Part shown: piece by piece, positions 47,500 to 56,750 of the stretch
Numbering within the stretch: the stretch's first letter is position 1
How the letters are laid out: every line of letters begins with the position of its first letter
Source: Pseudomonadota bacterium
Lineage (GTDB): Bacteria; Pseudomonadota; Alphaproteobacteria; Sphingomonadales; Sphingomonadaceae
Direction: 5' to 3'
Assembly: GCA_040387595.1 (NCBI GenBank)
Contig: JAZKDN010000014.1
Coordinates: forward strand, 9,082 to 73,081
Length of the DNA: 64,000 nucleotides
Position numbers and translations under genes: made by a program
The notes under the pieces: model-generated
Told to the model about the DNA's origin: nothing
The model's input: only the letters and a program-made list of their open reading frames with translations
Database searches by the model: none

Positions 47500-48795
47500 C
47501 TACCCCGCTTTCTGCATCAGCCTTTCCACCGCGCTCATATGCGCTTCGATCGGCTCGGCCGCAGCCGGTGGACCGCCGATGCTCGTCTCGACCGCCGCCG
47601 CACTTTCCAGCGTACGATGCACCGGGCAGCGGTCGGCGATCTCCAGCAACCGGGCCCGCCGCTCCGCATCGACATCGCCATCGAACGCAATCCGCCGGAC
47701 GAACAGGTCGGCGGGCGTCTCCCCCTTGCGCTTGGCATGGCCGACAGCCGTGCGGACGCGGCCGATTTCCCAGCCTTTCTGATCGGCATACATGCGCAGG
47801 GTCATCGTCGTGCAGGCCGCCAGGCCCGCCGATAGCAAATCATAGGGCGTGGGGCCCGATCCCAGGCCGCCGACAGTCGCCGGTTCGTCGGCGAGAAAGC
47901 GGATGCCGCCCGCCTGGATCGCGACCTGGAAGCGCCCGGCCCCGGTTTCCTCGGCCACGACATCGGCGGCCCCGTCGTCGCGCGTCACAGCGAGGTCGGG
48001 CAGATAGGGCGCGGCCCAGGCGGCGATCAGCCCGGCGACATGCTCCGCCTCCCCCGCCCCGGTCAGCAGATGATCGGCCTTGTCGAGCGAGACGAAGCTT
48101 TTGGGATGGCGCGCCGCCAGGAAGATGCGGGTCGCATTTTCGATGTCGACCACCGCGTCGAACGGCGCATGGAGGATCAGCAGCGGCCGGTGCAGCGCCG
48201 CGATACGGGCGCCCTGGTCATGACGGCGCAGATCGTCGAGGAAGCTCTTGCCGACGCGAAAGGTCCGCCCGGCCAGAACGACGTCGGCCGCGCCTTCGCT
48301 CTCGATCGCCGCGACCGCATCGTCGTCGAAATGGCGCAGGACATGGCTGATGTCGAACGGCGCACCGATGGTCGCGACGGCCTCGACCGACCCGATCTCG
48401 CCGGCGGCGGCGAGAGACGCCGCCCCGCCCAGGCTATGCCCGATCAGCAGCGCGGGCGCACGACCGGCCGCCGCCATCGCTCCCGCCGCCGCGACAAGAT
48501 CGCCGACATCCGCGGCGAAGCTGCTCTCCGCCAGTGATCCTTCGCTCGCGCCGATCCCGGCGAAGTCGAAGCGCAGCGTGCCGATCCCGACCGCGGCCAG
48601 CCCGCGCGCGATCCGCACCGCCACCTGCTGGTCCTTGCCGCAGGTAAAGCAGTGCGCGAACAGCGCCCAGCCGCGCGGTGGGCCATCGGGCAGTTCGAAC
48701 CTGCCGGAAAGGCGGTGATGGCCACCGTCGAAGTCGAAGATCTCGGTCGGCACGATGGGTCTCCCGTCAGGCGAAGCTGGTATCGATGCCGACAC
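47500..48795 (-). CDS. Bifunctional alpha/beta hydrolase - OsmC fusion protein
   Basis: N-terminal hydrolase with IGHSLGG. C-terminal OsmC domain with both cysteines (GLAACTTMTL and ADRCPVHRTL). Confidence 0.85.
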   Translation of the reverse strand: MSASIPASPDGRPIVPTEIFDFDGGHHRLSGRFELPDGPPRGWALFAHCFTCGKDQQVAVRIARGLAAVGIGTLRFDFAGIGASEGSLAESSFAADVGDLVAAAGAMAAAGRAPALLIGHSLGGAASLAAAGEIGSVEAVATIGAPFDISHVLRHFDDDAVAAIESEGAADVVLAGRTFRVGKSFLDDLRRHDQGARIAALHRPLLILHAPFDAVVDIENATRIFLAARHPKSFVSLDKADHLLTGAGEAEHVAGLIAAWAAPYLPDLAVTRDDGAADVVAEETGAGRFQVAIQAGGIRFLADEPATVGGLGSGPTPYDLLSAGLAACTTMTLRMYADQKGWEIGRVRTAVGHAKRKGETPADLFVRRIAFDGDVDAERRARLLEIADRCPVHRTLESAAAVETSIGGPPAAAEPIEAHMSAVERLMQKAG

Positions 48796-49150
48796 CCGCT
48801 TTCAGCGTCAATGTGACCGGCGTCCGCTCGGCGATCTCGGCGAGACGGGCGGCCTGTTCGGCGTTCAGCCCCTTGGGCGTGATCATCCGCACGATGCGGC
48901 GATCCTCCGCCCCGCCGGTCAGGCGCAACGAGACTTCGAGCGAGTCCAGCGGCCATTGCTTGCGATCGGCGTACATACGCAGGGTGATCGCGGTGCAGGC
49001 GCCCAGGCTGGCGAGCAGCAGGTCGTAGGGCGCCGGCCCGGCATTGGCCCCGCCGAGCTTGGCAGGCTCGTCGGCCGTGAGGAGGTGGCCGCTCGCCTCG
49101 ATCTGGGTGGCATAGCGGTCGCGGCCGATGCTGGCGGTGGTAATGGCCAT
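48767..49150 (-). CDS. OsmC-family protein retaining only the first conserved cysteine
   Basis: PYDLLLASLGACTAITLRMY is present, but the second motif reads AERTPVTLTL (Thr in place of the CPV cysteine). Confidence 0.8.
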   Translation of the reverse strand: MAITTASIGRDRYATQIEASGHLLTADEPAKLGGANAGPAPYDLLLASLGACTAITLRMYADRKQWPLDSLEVSLRLTGGAEDRRIVRMITPKGLNAEQAARLAEIAERTPVTLTLKAGVGIDTSFA

Positions 49151-49165
49151 GGTGCGGAGTCCTTC

Positions 49166-50092
49166 TTACGGATAGCGGACGGGCTTGGGGTCGTCGGGCA
49201 GCGGGATGAACTCGTCCTCGTCGGGCACCGGAGCGAAGCGCTGCTCGCGCCAGTCCTCCTTGGCCTGTTCGATCCGGTCGCGCGAGGAGGAAACGAAGTT
49301 CCAGTAGATGTTGCGCCCCTCGGGAAAGGGCTCGCCGCCGATCAGCATCAGCCGCGCCCCGCCCTTCGCCTTCAGGACGATCTCCGCTCCGGGTTTGAAC
49401 ACGACCAGTTCGCCCGTCGCGAAACCGCCGGTCTGCCCCGCCACCTCGATCTCGCCCTCGACGACATACACCGCACGTTCGACATGCTCGGCCTTGAGCT
49501 GGTAGCGCGCGCCGTCGATCAGGACGATGTCGGCATAGACCATGTCGGACAGCGTCTTCACCGGCGAACGCAGCCCGTCCGATGTACCGACGATCAAGGT
49601 CAGCTTGGTGCCATCGGCCTCGACGCTGGGAATCTCATGCGCCTTGTGGTGGACGAAGGATGGGTCGATCTCCTCCTGATCGGTGGGCAGCGCGATCCAA
49701 GTCTGGAGGCCGAACAGGCGGCTGCCCGTGGGGCGCAGTTCGTCGGGGGTGCGCTCGGAATGGACGATGCCCGATCCGGCGGTCATCCAGTTCACCTCGC
49801 CGGGGCGGATCGCCTGCACGCTGCCGACAGAGTCGCGGTGCATGATCTCGCCGTCGAGCAGATAGGTGATCGTCGCGAGGCCGATATGCGGATGCGGGCG
49901 AACATCGAGCCCCTCACCGCCGCGGAAGGCGGCCGGGCCCATCTGATCGAAGAAGATGAAGGGGCCGACCATCCGGCGATGCGCCGACGGCAGCGCCCGG
50001 CGGACCGAGAAGCCATCGCCCAAATCGCGGACCGGGGGCAGGATCACCATGTCGACGCCGTCGACTTCGCTCGTGCGGATGCTCATGTTCAC
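49166..50092 (-). CDS. Pirin-family protein (long form, ~300 aa)
   Basis: Bicupin with [22 protein letters not shown] and [15 protein letters not shown] start at 50092. Confidence 0.9.
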   Translation of the reverse strand: MNMSIRTSEVDGVDMVILPPVRDLGDGFSVRRALPSAHRRMVGPFIFFDQMGPAAFRGGEGLDVRPHPHIGLATITYLLDGEIMHRDSVGSVQAIRPGEVNWMTAGSGIVHSERTPDELRPTGSRLFGLQTWIALPTDQEEIDPSFVHHKAHEIPSVEADGTKLTLIVGTSDGLRSPVKTLSDMVYADIVLIDGARYQLKAEHVERAVYVVEGEIEVAGQTGGFATGELVVFKPGAEIVLKAKGGARLMLIGGEPFPEGRNIYWNFVSSSRDRIEQAKEDWREQRFAPVPDEDEFIPLPDDPKPVRYP

Positions 50093-50109
50093 GTCCTTCT
50101 GAAAGGGGT

Positions 50110-50149
50110 GCCGCCGGGCCCTCGTGGGGAGGGGAACGGGCCCGGCGGC
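50110..50149 (-). terminator. Strong GC hairpin downstream of the short pirin gene
   Basis: 12-bp perfect stem GCCGCCGGGCCC / GGGCCCGGCGGC with a 16-nt loop. The minus strand continues ACCCCTTTC. Confidence 0.5.
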
Positions 50150-50220
50150 TGCCGGTCAGGATCAGGGGAAGATCCTCTGACGACCGGCCATGGGGTGCAA
50201 GTGGTGTTGCGTTGGGAGGA

Positions 50221-50919
50221 TCAGGCGGCGTCGACCAGGACGATCTCGCTGTCCTCGATCGCGGTCACCCGGATCACATCGAGGTCGCTGATCGCCGCGC
50301 CGTCGCGGGCATTGACCCGCAGGCCGTCGATCTCGATCGCGCCGATGGCGGGAACAAGATAGCCGCGCCGATCCTTGCCGATCCTGTACTCGGCGGTCTC
50401 GCCGGCCTTCAGGGTCGCCCCGACGACACGAGCCTCGGCCCGGATCGGCAACGCGCCGTTGTCGTTGGCGAAGCCGCTTGCCAGCACCACGAACTGTCCG
50501 CTGTGCGCGCCGCGGGGAAACGGCTTGGCGCCCCAGTGCGGCGTGCCGCCGGTCTTCGTCGGGATGATCCAGATCTGGAAGATGCGGGTCGTCACGTCCT
50601 CCAGATTATATTCGGAGTGCTGAATGCCCGTGCCTGCCGACATCACCTGGACGTCGCCCGCCTCGGTGCGGCCCTTGTTGCCCAGATTGTCCTGGTGCGA
50701 GATCGCGCCTTCGCGGACATAGGTGATGATCTCCATGTCGCGGTGCGGGTGCGGCGGGAAGCCGGTCTTCGGGGCGATCGTGTCGTCGTTCCACACGCGC
50801 AGGTCGCCCCAGTTGGTGCGGGCATCGTCATGATAGCTGGCGAAAGAGAAGTGATGCTTGGCGTCGAGCCAGCCATGGTTGGCGCCGCCGAGGCTATCAT
50901 AAGGGCGAAGGTCGATCAT
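50221..50919 (-). CDS. Pirin-family protein (short form, YhhW/quercetinase-like)
   Basis: HPHRDMEIITYVREGAISHQDN and MSAGTGIQHSE. ATG 50919 is residue 43 of the track ORF. Confidence 0.9.
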   Translation of the reverse strand: MIDLRPYDSLGGANHGWLDAKHHFSFASYHDDARTNWGDLRVWNDDTIAPKTGFPPHPHRDMEIITYVREGAISHQDNLGNKGRTEAGDVQVMSAGTGIQHSEYNLEDVTTRIFQIWIIPTKTGGTPHWGAKPFPRGAHSGQFVVLASGFANDNGALPIRAEARVVGATLKAGETAEYRIGKDRRGYLVPAIGAIEIDGLRVNARDGAAISDLDVIRVTAIEDSEIVLVDAA

Positions 50920-50936
50920 TGTCTGTCTCCAGGGGG

Positions 50937-51245
50937 TCAGGCGGAAAGAAGGGCGAGTGCGTCGACCTGCGAGCGATTGAAGCCGAGCGCCATCAGCGCC
51001 GGCACCTGCCGCTCGTCCGGCCGGCGCGTGCGCCGCACCGTGCAAACGAAGCGCCGCAGCGCCTCGCGCCGGGGATCGGCGGCGGGAAGCTCGGGCCGAT
51101 GGCCGGTGAGCTTGCCGATCGCCTGCCGAAGCAGCGAAGGCCGCGCCGGCACGAAGCGATAGGTCTCCGCATCGTCATAGGCGGTCGCGACGACCTTCCA
51201 TTCGGTGCTGCTGAGGTGCGGTGCGCTGTCGGACCTGGTCGTCAT
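50937..51245 (-). CDS. Hypothetical protein (102 aa), first gene of the pirin transcription unit
   Basis: Clean ORF divergent from the LysR gene, 17 nt upstream of the pirin start. No domain recognised. Confidence 0.45.
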   Translation of the reverse strand: MTTRSDSAPHLSSTEWKVVATAYDDAETYRFVPARPSLLRQAIGKLTGHRPELPAADPRREALRRFVCTVRRTRRPDERQVPALMALGFNRSQVDALALLSA

Positions 51246-51288
51246 ATCGTCCTCCTTCCCTGTTGGAGACGATATAGCCGCGCTCGAC

Positions 51289-51308
51289 TTATCCGTTCAG
51301 GTGGATAA
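51289..51308. promoter_or_regulatory. LTTR-type dyad TTATCC-N8-GGATAA
   Basis: Perfect 6-bp arms in the 92-bp LysR / pirin-unit divergent region. Confidence 0.5.
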
Positions 51309-51337
51309 AATCGGTCGAAACGTTCTAGGGAGTTGAA

Positions 51338-52267
51338 ATGTCAAACCCGGGCATGCCCACCTTCGATCAGCTGCGCATCTTTCTGGCTGTGGTCGAAACC
51401 GGCAGCTTCGCGGCGGCGGGGCGCAAGCTCCACCGGGCTGTGTCGGTGATCAGCTACGGCATCGGCAATCTCGAAATGCAGCTGGGCCTGACCTTGTTCG
51501 ACCGCGAAGGCACCCGCAAGCCGACGCTCACCACCGCCGGTCGCGCGGTGCTGGCCGAGGCGCGAATGGTGTCGCAGGGGATCGACGGCCTGCGCGCCAA
51601 GGTGAAGGGGCTTCTGGATGGACTGGAAGCAGAGGTCGATCTGGCCGTCGACGTGATGTTGCCTGCCGAACGCCTCGGCCGGGTGCTGCGTGCCTTTGCC
51701 GAGCAGTTCCCGACGGTGGCGCTGCGCCTCCATGTCGAGGCACTGGGCGCGGTCACGGCGATGGTGCTCGACGGCGTCGCGGCGATCGGCATCTCGGGCC
51801 CGCTGGCGGCGGGCGTGGCGGGGATTGAGCTAGTCTCGGCCGGCTCGGTGCCGATGATCCCCGTCGCCGCCCCCGATCATCCGCTCGGCCGCACCGCGAA
51901 GATACCGCCCGGAATGGGCCGCGAGCATGTCCAGATCGTGCTGACCGACCGGTCTCGCTTTACCGACGGCCAGGACTTTTCGGTGATGAGCCCCCGCACC
52001 TGGCGCCTCGCCGACCTCGGCGCCAAGCACCAGCTGCTCCGCCAGGGCATCGGCTGGGGCAATATGCCGCTGCACATGATCGAGCCCGACCTGATGGCCG
52101 GAACGCTGGTGCGCCTCCACATGCCCGACCATATCGGCGGTACCTACCGCTTCAACGGCATCTGGCGCAGCGACACCCCGCCGGGGCCGGCGGGGGCATG
52201 GCTGCTCGACCAGCTTGTGGCGCTAGGAAGGGATGACGAGGAAATGGAAGGTTTTGGGGATGTCTAG
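51338..52267 (+). CDS. LysR-family transcriptional regulator
   Basis: HTH FDQLRIFLAVVETGSFAAAGRKLHRAVSVISYGIGNLE. Confidence 0.9.
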   Translation: MSNPGMPTFDQLRIFLAVVETGSFAAAGRKLHRAVSVISYGIGNLEMQLGLTLFDREGTRKPTLTTAGRAVLAEARMVSQGIDGLRAKVKGLLDGLEAEVDLAVDVMLPAERLGRVLRAFAEQFPTVALRLHVEALGAVTAMVLDGVAAIGISGPLAAGVAGIELVSAGSVPMIPVAAPDHPLGRTAKIPPGMGREHVQIVLTDRSRFTDGQDFSVMSPRTWRLADLGAKHQLLRQGIGWGNMPLHMIEPDLMAGTLVRLHMPDHIGGTYRFNGIWRSDTPPGPAGAWLLDQLVALGRDDEEMEGFGDV

Positions 52268-52277
52268 CTAAGGGCGC

Positions 52278-52892
52278 TCAGACCGATCCACGCTTGCCCA
52301 GAATAGGCGGCATCTCGCGCGCCATCTGATCCTCTATGAAGGGCAGCAGCATGCTCTGCACGCCCGCAACGCCGATGACCTTCACGATCAGGTTTCCGGG
52401 AATATCGTTCGGCCAATATTTGAGATGGATGGCGAAGGTGGCCGGGTGCGCCTCGACCAGATGCTGGCGCAGGCGGCCGGCGGCCTTTTCGGACTGGCCG
52501 ACATAGAGGCATCGACTGCCCAGGCAGCCCTTGCGCTTGTTGACGCGTGCGAAGGCGCGGCGTTGGTCGACCGGGAGCGTCTTGTTCTCGGCTTTCTTGC
52601 CGTCGACCACTTCATAGACACGCTCGAGCGGCACCGCGTCGTCGAAACAGATCGCGTAGACCGCCAGATGCTTCTTGCCCAGCCGCGCGGCGATGGCGTC
52701 GCAATGCGCGTCCATGCGATCGGTGCCGATGTCGGCCATCGGGATGACCCACTCGACCGGATCGATCAGCGTTCCCTGCTCCAGCTGCTCCGCCAGATCC
52801 CTAAGCGAGGTGGCTGTGCGCGCGATGAGATTGGGAAGGGCGGTGACATCCTCCGAAGCCGGCAACTGAACATCGTCTTGCACGTCAAACAT
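52278..52892 (-). CDS. GIY-YIG-like nuclease-superfamily protein (orphan)
   Basis: LAVYAICF (GIY-like), then about 45 residues later RCLYVGQSEKAAGRLRQHL (YIG...R..H-like) and FIEDQMA. ATG 52892 is residue 54 of the track ORF. The local sequence is lower in GC. Confidence 0.45.
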   Translation of the reverse strand: MFDVQDDVQLPASEDVTALPNLIARTATSLRDLAEQLEQGTLIDPVEWVIPMADIGTDRMDAHCDAIAARLGKKHLAVYAICFDDAVPLERVYEVVDGKKAENKTLPVDQRRAFARVNKRKGCLGSRCLYVGQSEKAAGRLRQHLVEAHPATFAIHLKYWPNDIPGNLIVKVIGVAGVQSMLLPFIEDQMAREMPPILGKRGSV

Positions 52893-53013
52893 CCCAACCA
52901 AATGATTCTGTGGCGGCGTCCATAGACGACTCTCGGATATTATACAGAATTGAGTCTCCAGAATGGATGAGATGCCCCCCCATTGCATTGCGGGGCGGCC
53001 GCCACCGCCTCTA

Positions 53014-53379
53014 ATGTCGAAGCGACGTGGAGGAACTGCCTTTGGGAGCAAGCCTCTTGCCTACACATATCTCATGCTGCTGATGCTGGCACTGGCGGAC
53101 GCAATCGCCTCTCTCCCCGCGACGGATTTTGATCTAGCCAAAGCGTCGCCACGGCCGGAATCCTGCCTCGGCCATGGCAATGACGGCATTGTGGTGTGCG
53201 CCAGACGCAGGACCGAAGACATCCAACGGCCCTATAGCGGTCCCGACATTGTCGAGGCGCTGCCAAAGGCGGAGGTCGGCTTGCTCGGCACCGCCCGCGG
53301 CAGCCTGGGCGTACGGCAGGGGGCGGTCGGAGGTTTCCCGAGTAACAGGGTGATGGCGACCATCTCGATACCTTTCTGA
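53014..53379 (+). CDS. Hypothetical secreted or membrane-anchored protein
   Basis: Hydrophobic leader YTYLMLLMLALADAIASL. No domain recognised. The start is uncertain (52963 or 53014). Confidence 0.35.
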   Translation: MSKRRGGTAFGSKPLAYTYLMLLMLALADAIASLPATDFDLAKASPRPESCLGHGNDGIVVCARRRTEDIQRPYSGPDIVEALPKAEVGLLGTARGSLGVRQGAVGGFPSNRVMATISIPF

Positions 53380-53436
53380 GAGGTCTTGGCAGCATCTCAC
53401 GTCAGCGATGGGACCACGGAAAATGCAAGGCCCGCT

Positions 53437-53709
53437 TCACCTATCCCGAACATCCTCGGCCAGATCTGAGCGAAGATGCCCACCCTCATTTTCCCAGACG
53501 GCTTCCGCTATGGCGACACGTTGTCGCAGGCCTTTGATCCGGCTCTTCTCGGCATTGCCGGGGGAGCGGTGCGGATAGCTGCTCGCACCGAGCAGCTTGC
53601 CGTAAGCCACAGCAAACGCGCTGTGGACGGCCCGAGCAGCCCTGGACGGCGAGGATTTCGATCGAGCCAGGCATTCCTGCTCTCGCCGCAACAGATAGTT
53701 GAGGTCCAT
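53437..53709 (-). CDS. Small hypothetical protein (90 aa)
   Basis: MDLNYLLRREQECLARSKSSPSRAARAVHSAFAVAYGKLL. The helical pattern is loosely similar to 30180-30434. Confidence 0.35.
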   Translation of the reverse strand: MDLNYLLRREQECLARSKSSPSRAARAVHSAFAVAYGKLLGASSYPHRSPGNAEKSRIKGLRQRVAIAEAVWENEGGHLRSDLAEDVRDR

Positions 53710-53835
53710 GATCATGCTCCTTGGGAGCGGGAGCACAAGACTCTCAGGCGTGCGTTGCTCGGGGCGGGTGGCACGATGCCGATACCTTATCAGGTCCGCC
53801 CCTGTCTGTCATGCGGATCGGCCGTCCCGCGCCCG

Positions 53836-54474
53836 TCAGGGAGCCTTGACCGCCATTGCCGAAGCACATTTCTCGCTGGTGTCCTTCGATCCGCCGCCCA
53901 GGAAGGCGATCGCCAGGAAGCCGGCCAACACGAGCAGGACGAAGCCTATTGTCACCTTGCCCAGATGCTTGTCGATCACGGATTTTATCGGCGCACCGAA
54001 CAGGCGGAACAGCACGCCGACGATCATGAAGCTGATCGAGCGCGACACGATCGAGGCGCCGATGAAGACCATCAGGCTCATGCCGATGAAGCCCGCTGTG
54101 ATCGTCAGCAGCTTGAACGGGATCGGCGTCGCGCCCTTCACGATGATGATTTCCGCGCCGTAGTCCCGCAGGTAGCAGGCGGCCCGCGGGAAGCTCTCGG
54201 CCAGCCCCAACGCGCGCAGCATCGCCTCTCCGAATGCCTCATAGGCGAAATAGCCGATCGCATAGCCGAGCAGGCCGCCCACCACCGAGGCGATCGTCGC
54301 GATCGCGGCGAAGCGGATCGCCTTCTTGGGTTCGGCCAGACACATCAGGCCCAGCAGCGGATGCGGCGGCACCGGGAAGAAGCTGGCCTCCATGAAGGCG
54401 AAAGCGGCCAGCCACCATTCGGCGTGGCGGTGCGCCGCCTTGGCCATGGTCCAGTCGTAAAGGCGGCGCAGCAT
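53836..54474 (-). CDS. YqaA/DedA-related membrane protein
   Basis: AEWWLAAFAFMEASFFPVPPHPLL...GATPIPFKLLTITAG pattern. Four to five TM segments. Confidence 0.7.
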   Translation of the reverse strand: MLRRLYDWTMAKAAHRHAEWWLAAFAFMEASFFPVPPHPLLGLMCLAEPKKAIRFAAIATIASVVGGLLGYAIGYFAYEAFGEAMLRALGLAESFPRAACYLRDYGAEIIIVKGATPIPFKLLTITAGFIGMSLMVFIGASIVSRSISFMIVGVLFRLFGAPIKSVIDKHLGKVTIGFVLLVLAGFLAIAFLGGGSKDTSEKCASAMAVKAP

Positions 54475-54557
54475 CGAAGTCCCCCGGGGCAAGATTGGTG
54501 CCCTGATTAGGGGCCGCGCCGTGCCTCGGCAATCATGCGCTCCGCGATTCCCCCGCT

Positions 54558-55259
54558 CTATTCGATCGGTGCGGCCGATTCCGGGTGGAGCGCGCAGGCC
54601 ACGGTACCGGCCAAGGTCAGCAGCCCCGCCAGAACCAGCGGTGCGACCAGCCCGGTATGGATGACCATCGCTGCGCCGATCGCGGCCCCGCCGAAGATCG
54701 CGACCACGCCGCCGATCCGGCGCGCCCAGTTCGGGTTGGTGCCGCCGGCCAGGCGAGAATCCGCGGCAAGGCCGGTCAGGGTCAGGGTCAGCACCGTCGT
54801 CGTGAGATCGGGAATCTTGAGTTGGCGGATCGTCGCGTTGCGGAAACCCATGGCGAGACCGGTCAGGATGATGATCGCGAACAGGCTGGCCGAAGGCGAC
54901 TGGGTGGCGATATCGAATCCGATCGCGACGATCGCGGCAATCCAGAGCAGGGCCGCCTCGATCCCCGCCGCCGCCAATAGCCAGCGGCGCAAGGGCTGGC
55001 CGCGATGCATCTTGCCCGCCCTGCCCCCGACCATCGCGCCGCCGAGAAAGGCGAGCATCGCGACGAGATAGGGCAGCACCCGAAAGCCCGGTGCGCCTGC
55101 CGCGGCAAAGCCCAGAAAGACGACATTGCCGGTCATGTTGGCGGTAAAGACCTTGCCTAGCCCCAGCACGCTGATCGCATCGACGAGACCGGTGGTCACG
55201 GACAGCAACAGCAGCAGCCAGGGCAGCGGCGCGACGGAATGGGCTTTAGGGGCGGTCAT
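54558..55259 (-). CDS. YoaK/DUF1275-family membrane protein
   Basis: LLLLSVTTGLVDAISVLGLGKVFTANMTGNVVFLG is typical of DUF1275. Confidence 0.8.
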   Translation of the reverse strand: MTAPKAHSVAPLPWLLLLLSVTTGLVDAISVLGLGKVFTANMTGNVVFLGFAAAGAPGFRVLPYLVAMLAFLGGAMVGGRAGKMHRGQPLRRWLLAAAGIEAALLWIAAIVAIGFDIATQSPSASLFAIIILTGLAMGFRNATIRQLKIPDLTTTVLTLTLTGLAADSRLAGGTNPNWARRIGGVVAIFGGAAIGAAMVIHTGLVAPLVLAGLLTLAGTVACALHPESAAPIE

Positions 55260-55361
55260 GATGGTCTCCCGATAGAGGGTGCGGGACAGACGTAGGCGAT
55301 CGTGATCGGAGCAAATATCCGAATAAGATCATTCCTATCATTCCAGAAAATAGAAATGCGG

Positions 55362-56750
55362 TCAGATCCGGAAATTGGCCTCAAGCCCGAGCATTCCGAT
55401 CGTACGGGCCGGGCCGGTCTGTCGGATGAAGCCCCCCGCCTCGAACGCGGACAGCGATGTGGAAAGCTCGAGTTCGGGGGTCGCCTGCCAGCTCAGCGTC
55501 GCTTCGATTTCCTTGCCGATGAACCGGTCGCGGGCTGTACCGGCGGCGCGGATCAGGTTGCCTGGAATGTCGTAGACGCCGTCGGCGCGGAACGTACGCC
55601 AATAGGCCATCGCAGCGATACCGAGCGACAGGTCGCGCGCGACTGCGAGCGATACCGACGGATTGACGCTGATGATGTTGGTGGGGCCGACCGGCGACAG
55701 CTCGCCGAAATATTTTCCCTTGGGAAACAGCGCATTGAAGGTACCGAGCTTGGCGTCCGTAGGGTTCTTGTCGCCGCTGACGACGTTGAACCGGAGCAGC
55801 GCGTGCGGGGCGAGCGGCGCATCGGGAAAATGGCGCCCGACCTCGCTGCCGACCGTCCAGGCCGAGATGCGCCGCCCGGCGAAATGACCGAACTGGTAAA
55901 CGCCCTCGACATTCCAGTGCCAGTCGCCCGCATTGCCGTAGCTGCGCACGCCAAGGCTGTCGCGACGCTCGCGCCCGGCCCGCCCACCGAAGCTGGCGTC
56001 GCGGTTGCGATAGCCCAGATAATAGAGGTCGAGTCCGGGCAGCCGGGCATAGGCCCCCCACAGCTTCTTCGTGGGCGAGGAACGGTCGTCGAACGATCGT
56101 GTGCCGGGCCGGACCGGGTGCATCGTGAACAGGCTGACCGTGACGGTGCCGTGCACGATGTCGGCGCGCGCGCCGTCGAAGGCGAGCGGGACATTGGGGC
56201 CGTAGCGCGTGCCGATCAGCCGCTCGGTGCCCAGCGACAGCATCTGCCGCCCGCCGCGCAGCGTGACCTCCGTGTCGTCGCCGATCGGCAGCGAGATGTC
56301 GGCAAAGCCCTGCAACAGGTCGACGCGGGTCTGGTCGATCGGCCCGGCGCTCGGCGCGACGCCCCTGGCATAAGCGGCGACGGGCTGGACGAAGGCGCGC
56401 ACCCGGTCGACGTGAAGATCGGCATAAGGCAGGACGCGGGTCCAGAGATAGCTGTCGTCGGGCGCGGCCGCCCCGCCCCAAAGATTGTCGTCGAAGCTCT
56501 CCGAGCGCAGGCGGACCTCGATGCCGGTGGTCAGGAAGGCCGACCCGCTGTCGTCGAGCGGGATATATTTGAAGGCCTCGCTCCAATGGCCGGTGCGCGC
56601 GGCGGGGTCCGCCAGCTTCGACCAGTCCTCGTCATAGCGGGTATTTGTGAGCGTAGGCGGCTGCCACGCCTCGCGGACCTGCGCTGCGGCGGGGCCAGCG
56701 ACCGCGACTTGGCACAGACCGGCGACGACGGCGAACTTATGCCGGAGCAT
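55362..56750 (-). CDS. Alginate-export (AlgE-like) family outer-membrane beta-barrel
   Basis: Signal peptide MLRHKFAVVAGLCQVAVAGPAAAQ. TNTRYDEDWS...FLTTGIEVRLRSESF pattern. C-terminal ...GLEANFRI. Confidence 0.75.
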   Translation of the reverse strand: MLRHKFAVVAGLCQVAVAGPAAAQVREAWQPPTLTNTRYDEDWSKLADPAARTGHWSEAFKYIPLDDSGSAFLTTGIEVRLRSESFDDNLWGGAAAPDDSYLWTRVLPYADLHVDRVRAFVQPVAAYARGVAPSAGPIDQTRVDLLQGFADISLPIGDDTEVTLRGGRQMLSLGTERLIGTRYGPNVPLAFDGARADIVHGTVTVSLFTMHPVRPGTRSFDDRSSPTKKLWGAYARLPGLDLYYLGYRNRDASFGGRAGRERRDSLGVRSYGNAGDWHWNVEGVYQFGHFAGRRISAWTVGSEVGRHFPDAPLAPHALLRFNVVSGDKNPTDAKLGTFNALFPKGKYFGELSPVGPTNIISVNPSVSLAVARDLSLGIAAMAYWRTFRADGVYDIPGNLIRAAGTARDRFIGKEIEATLSWQATPELELSTSLSAFEAGGFIRQTGPARTIGMLGLEANFRI

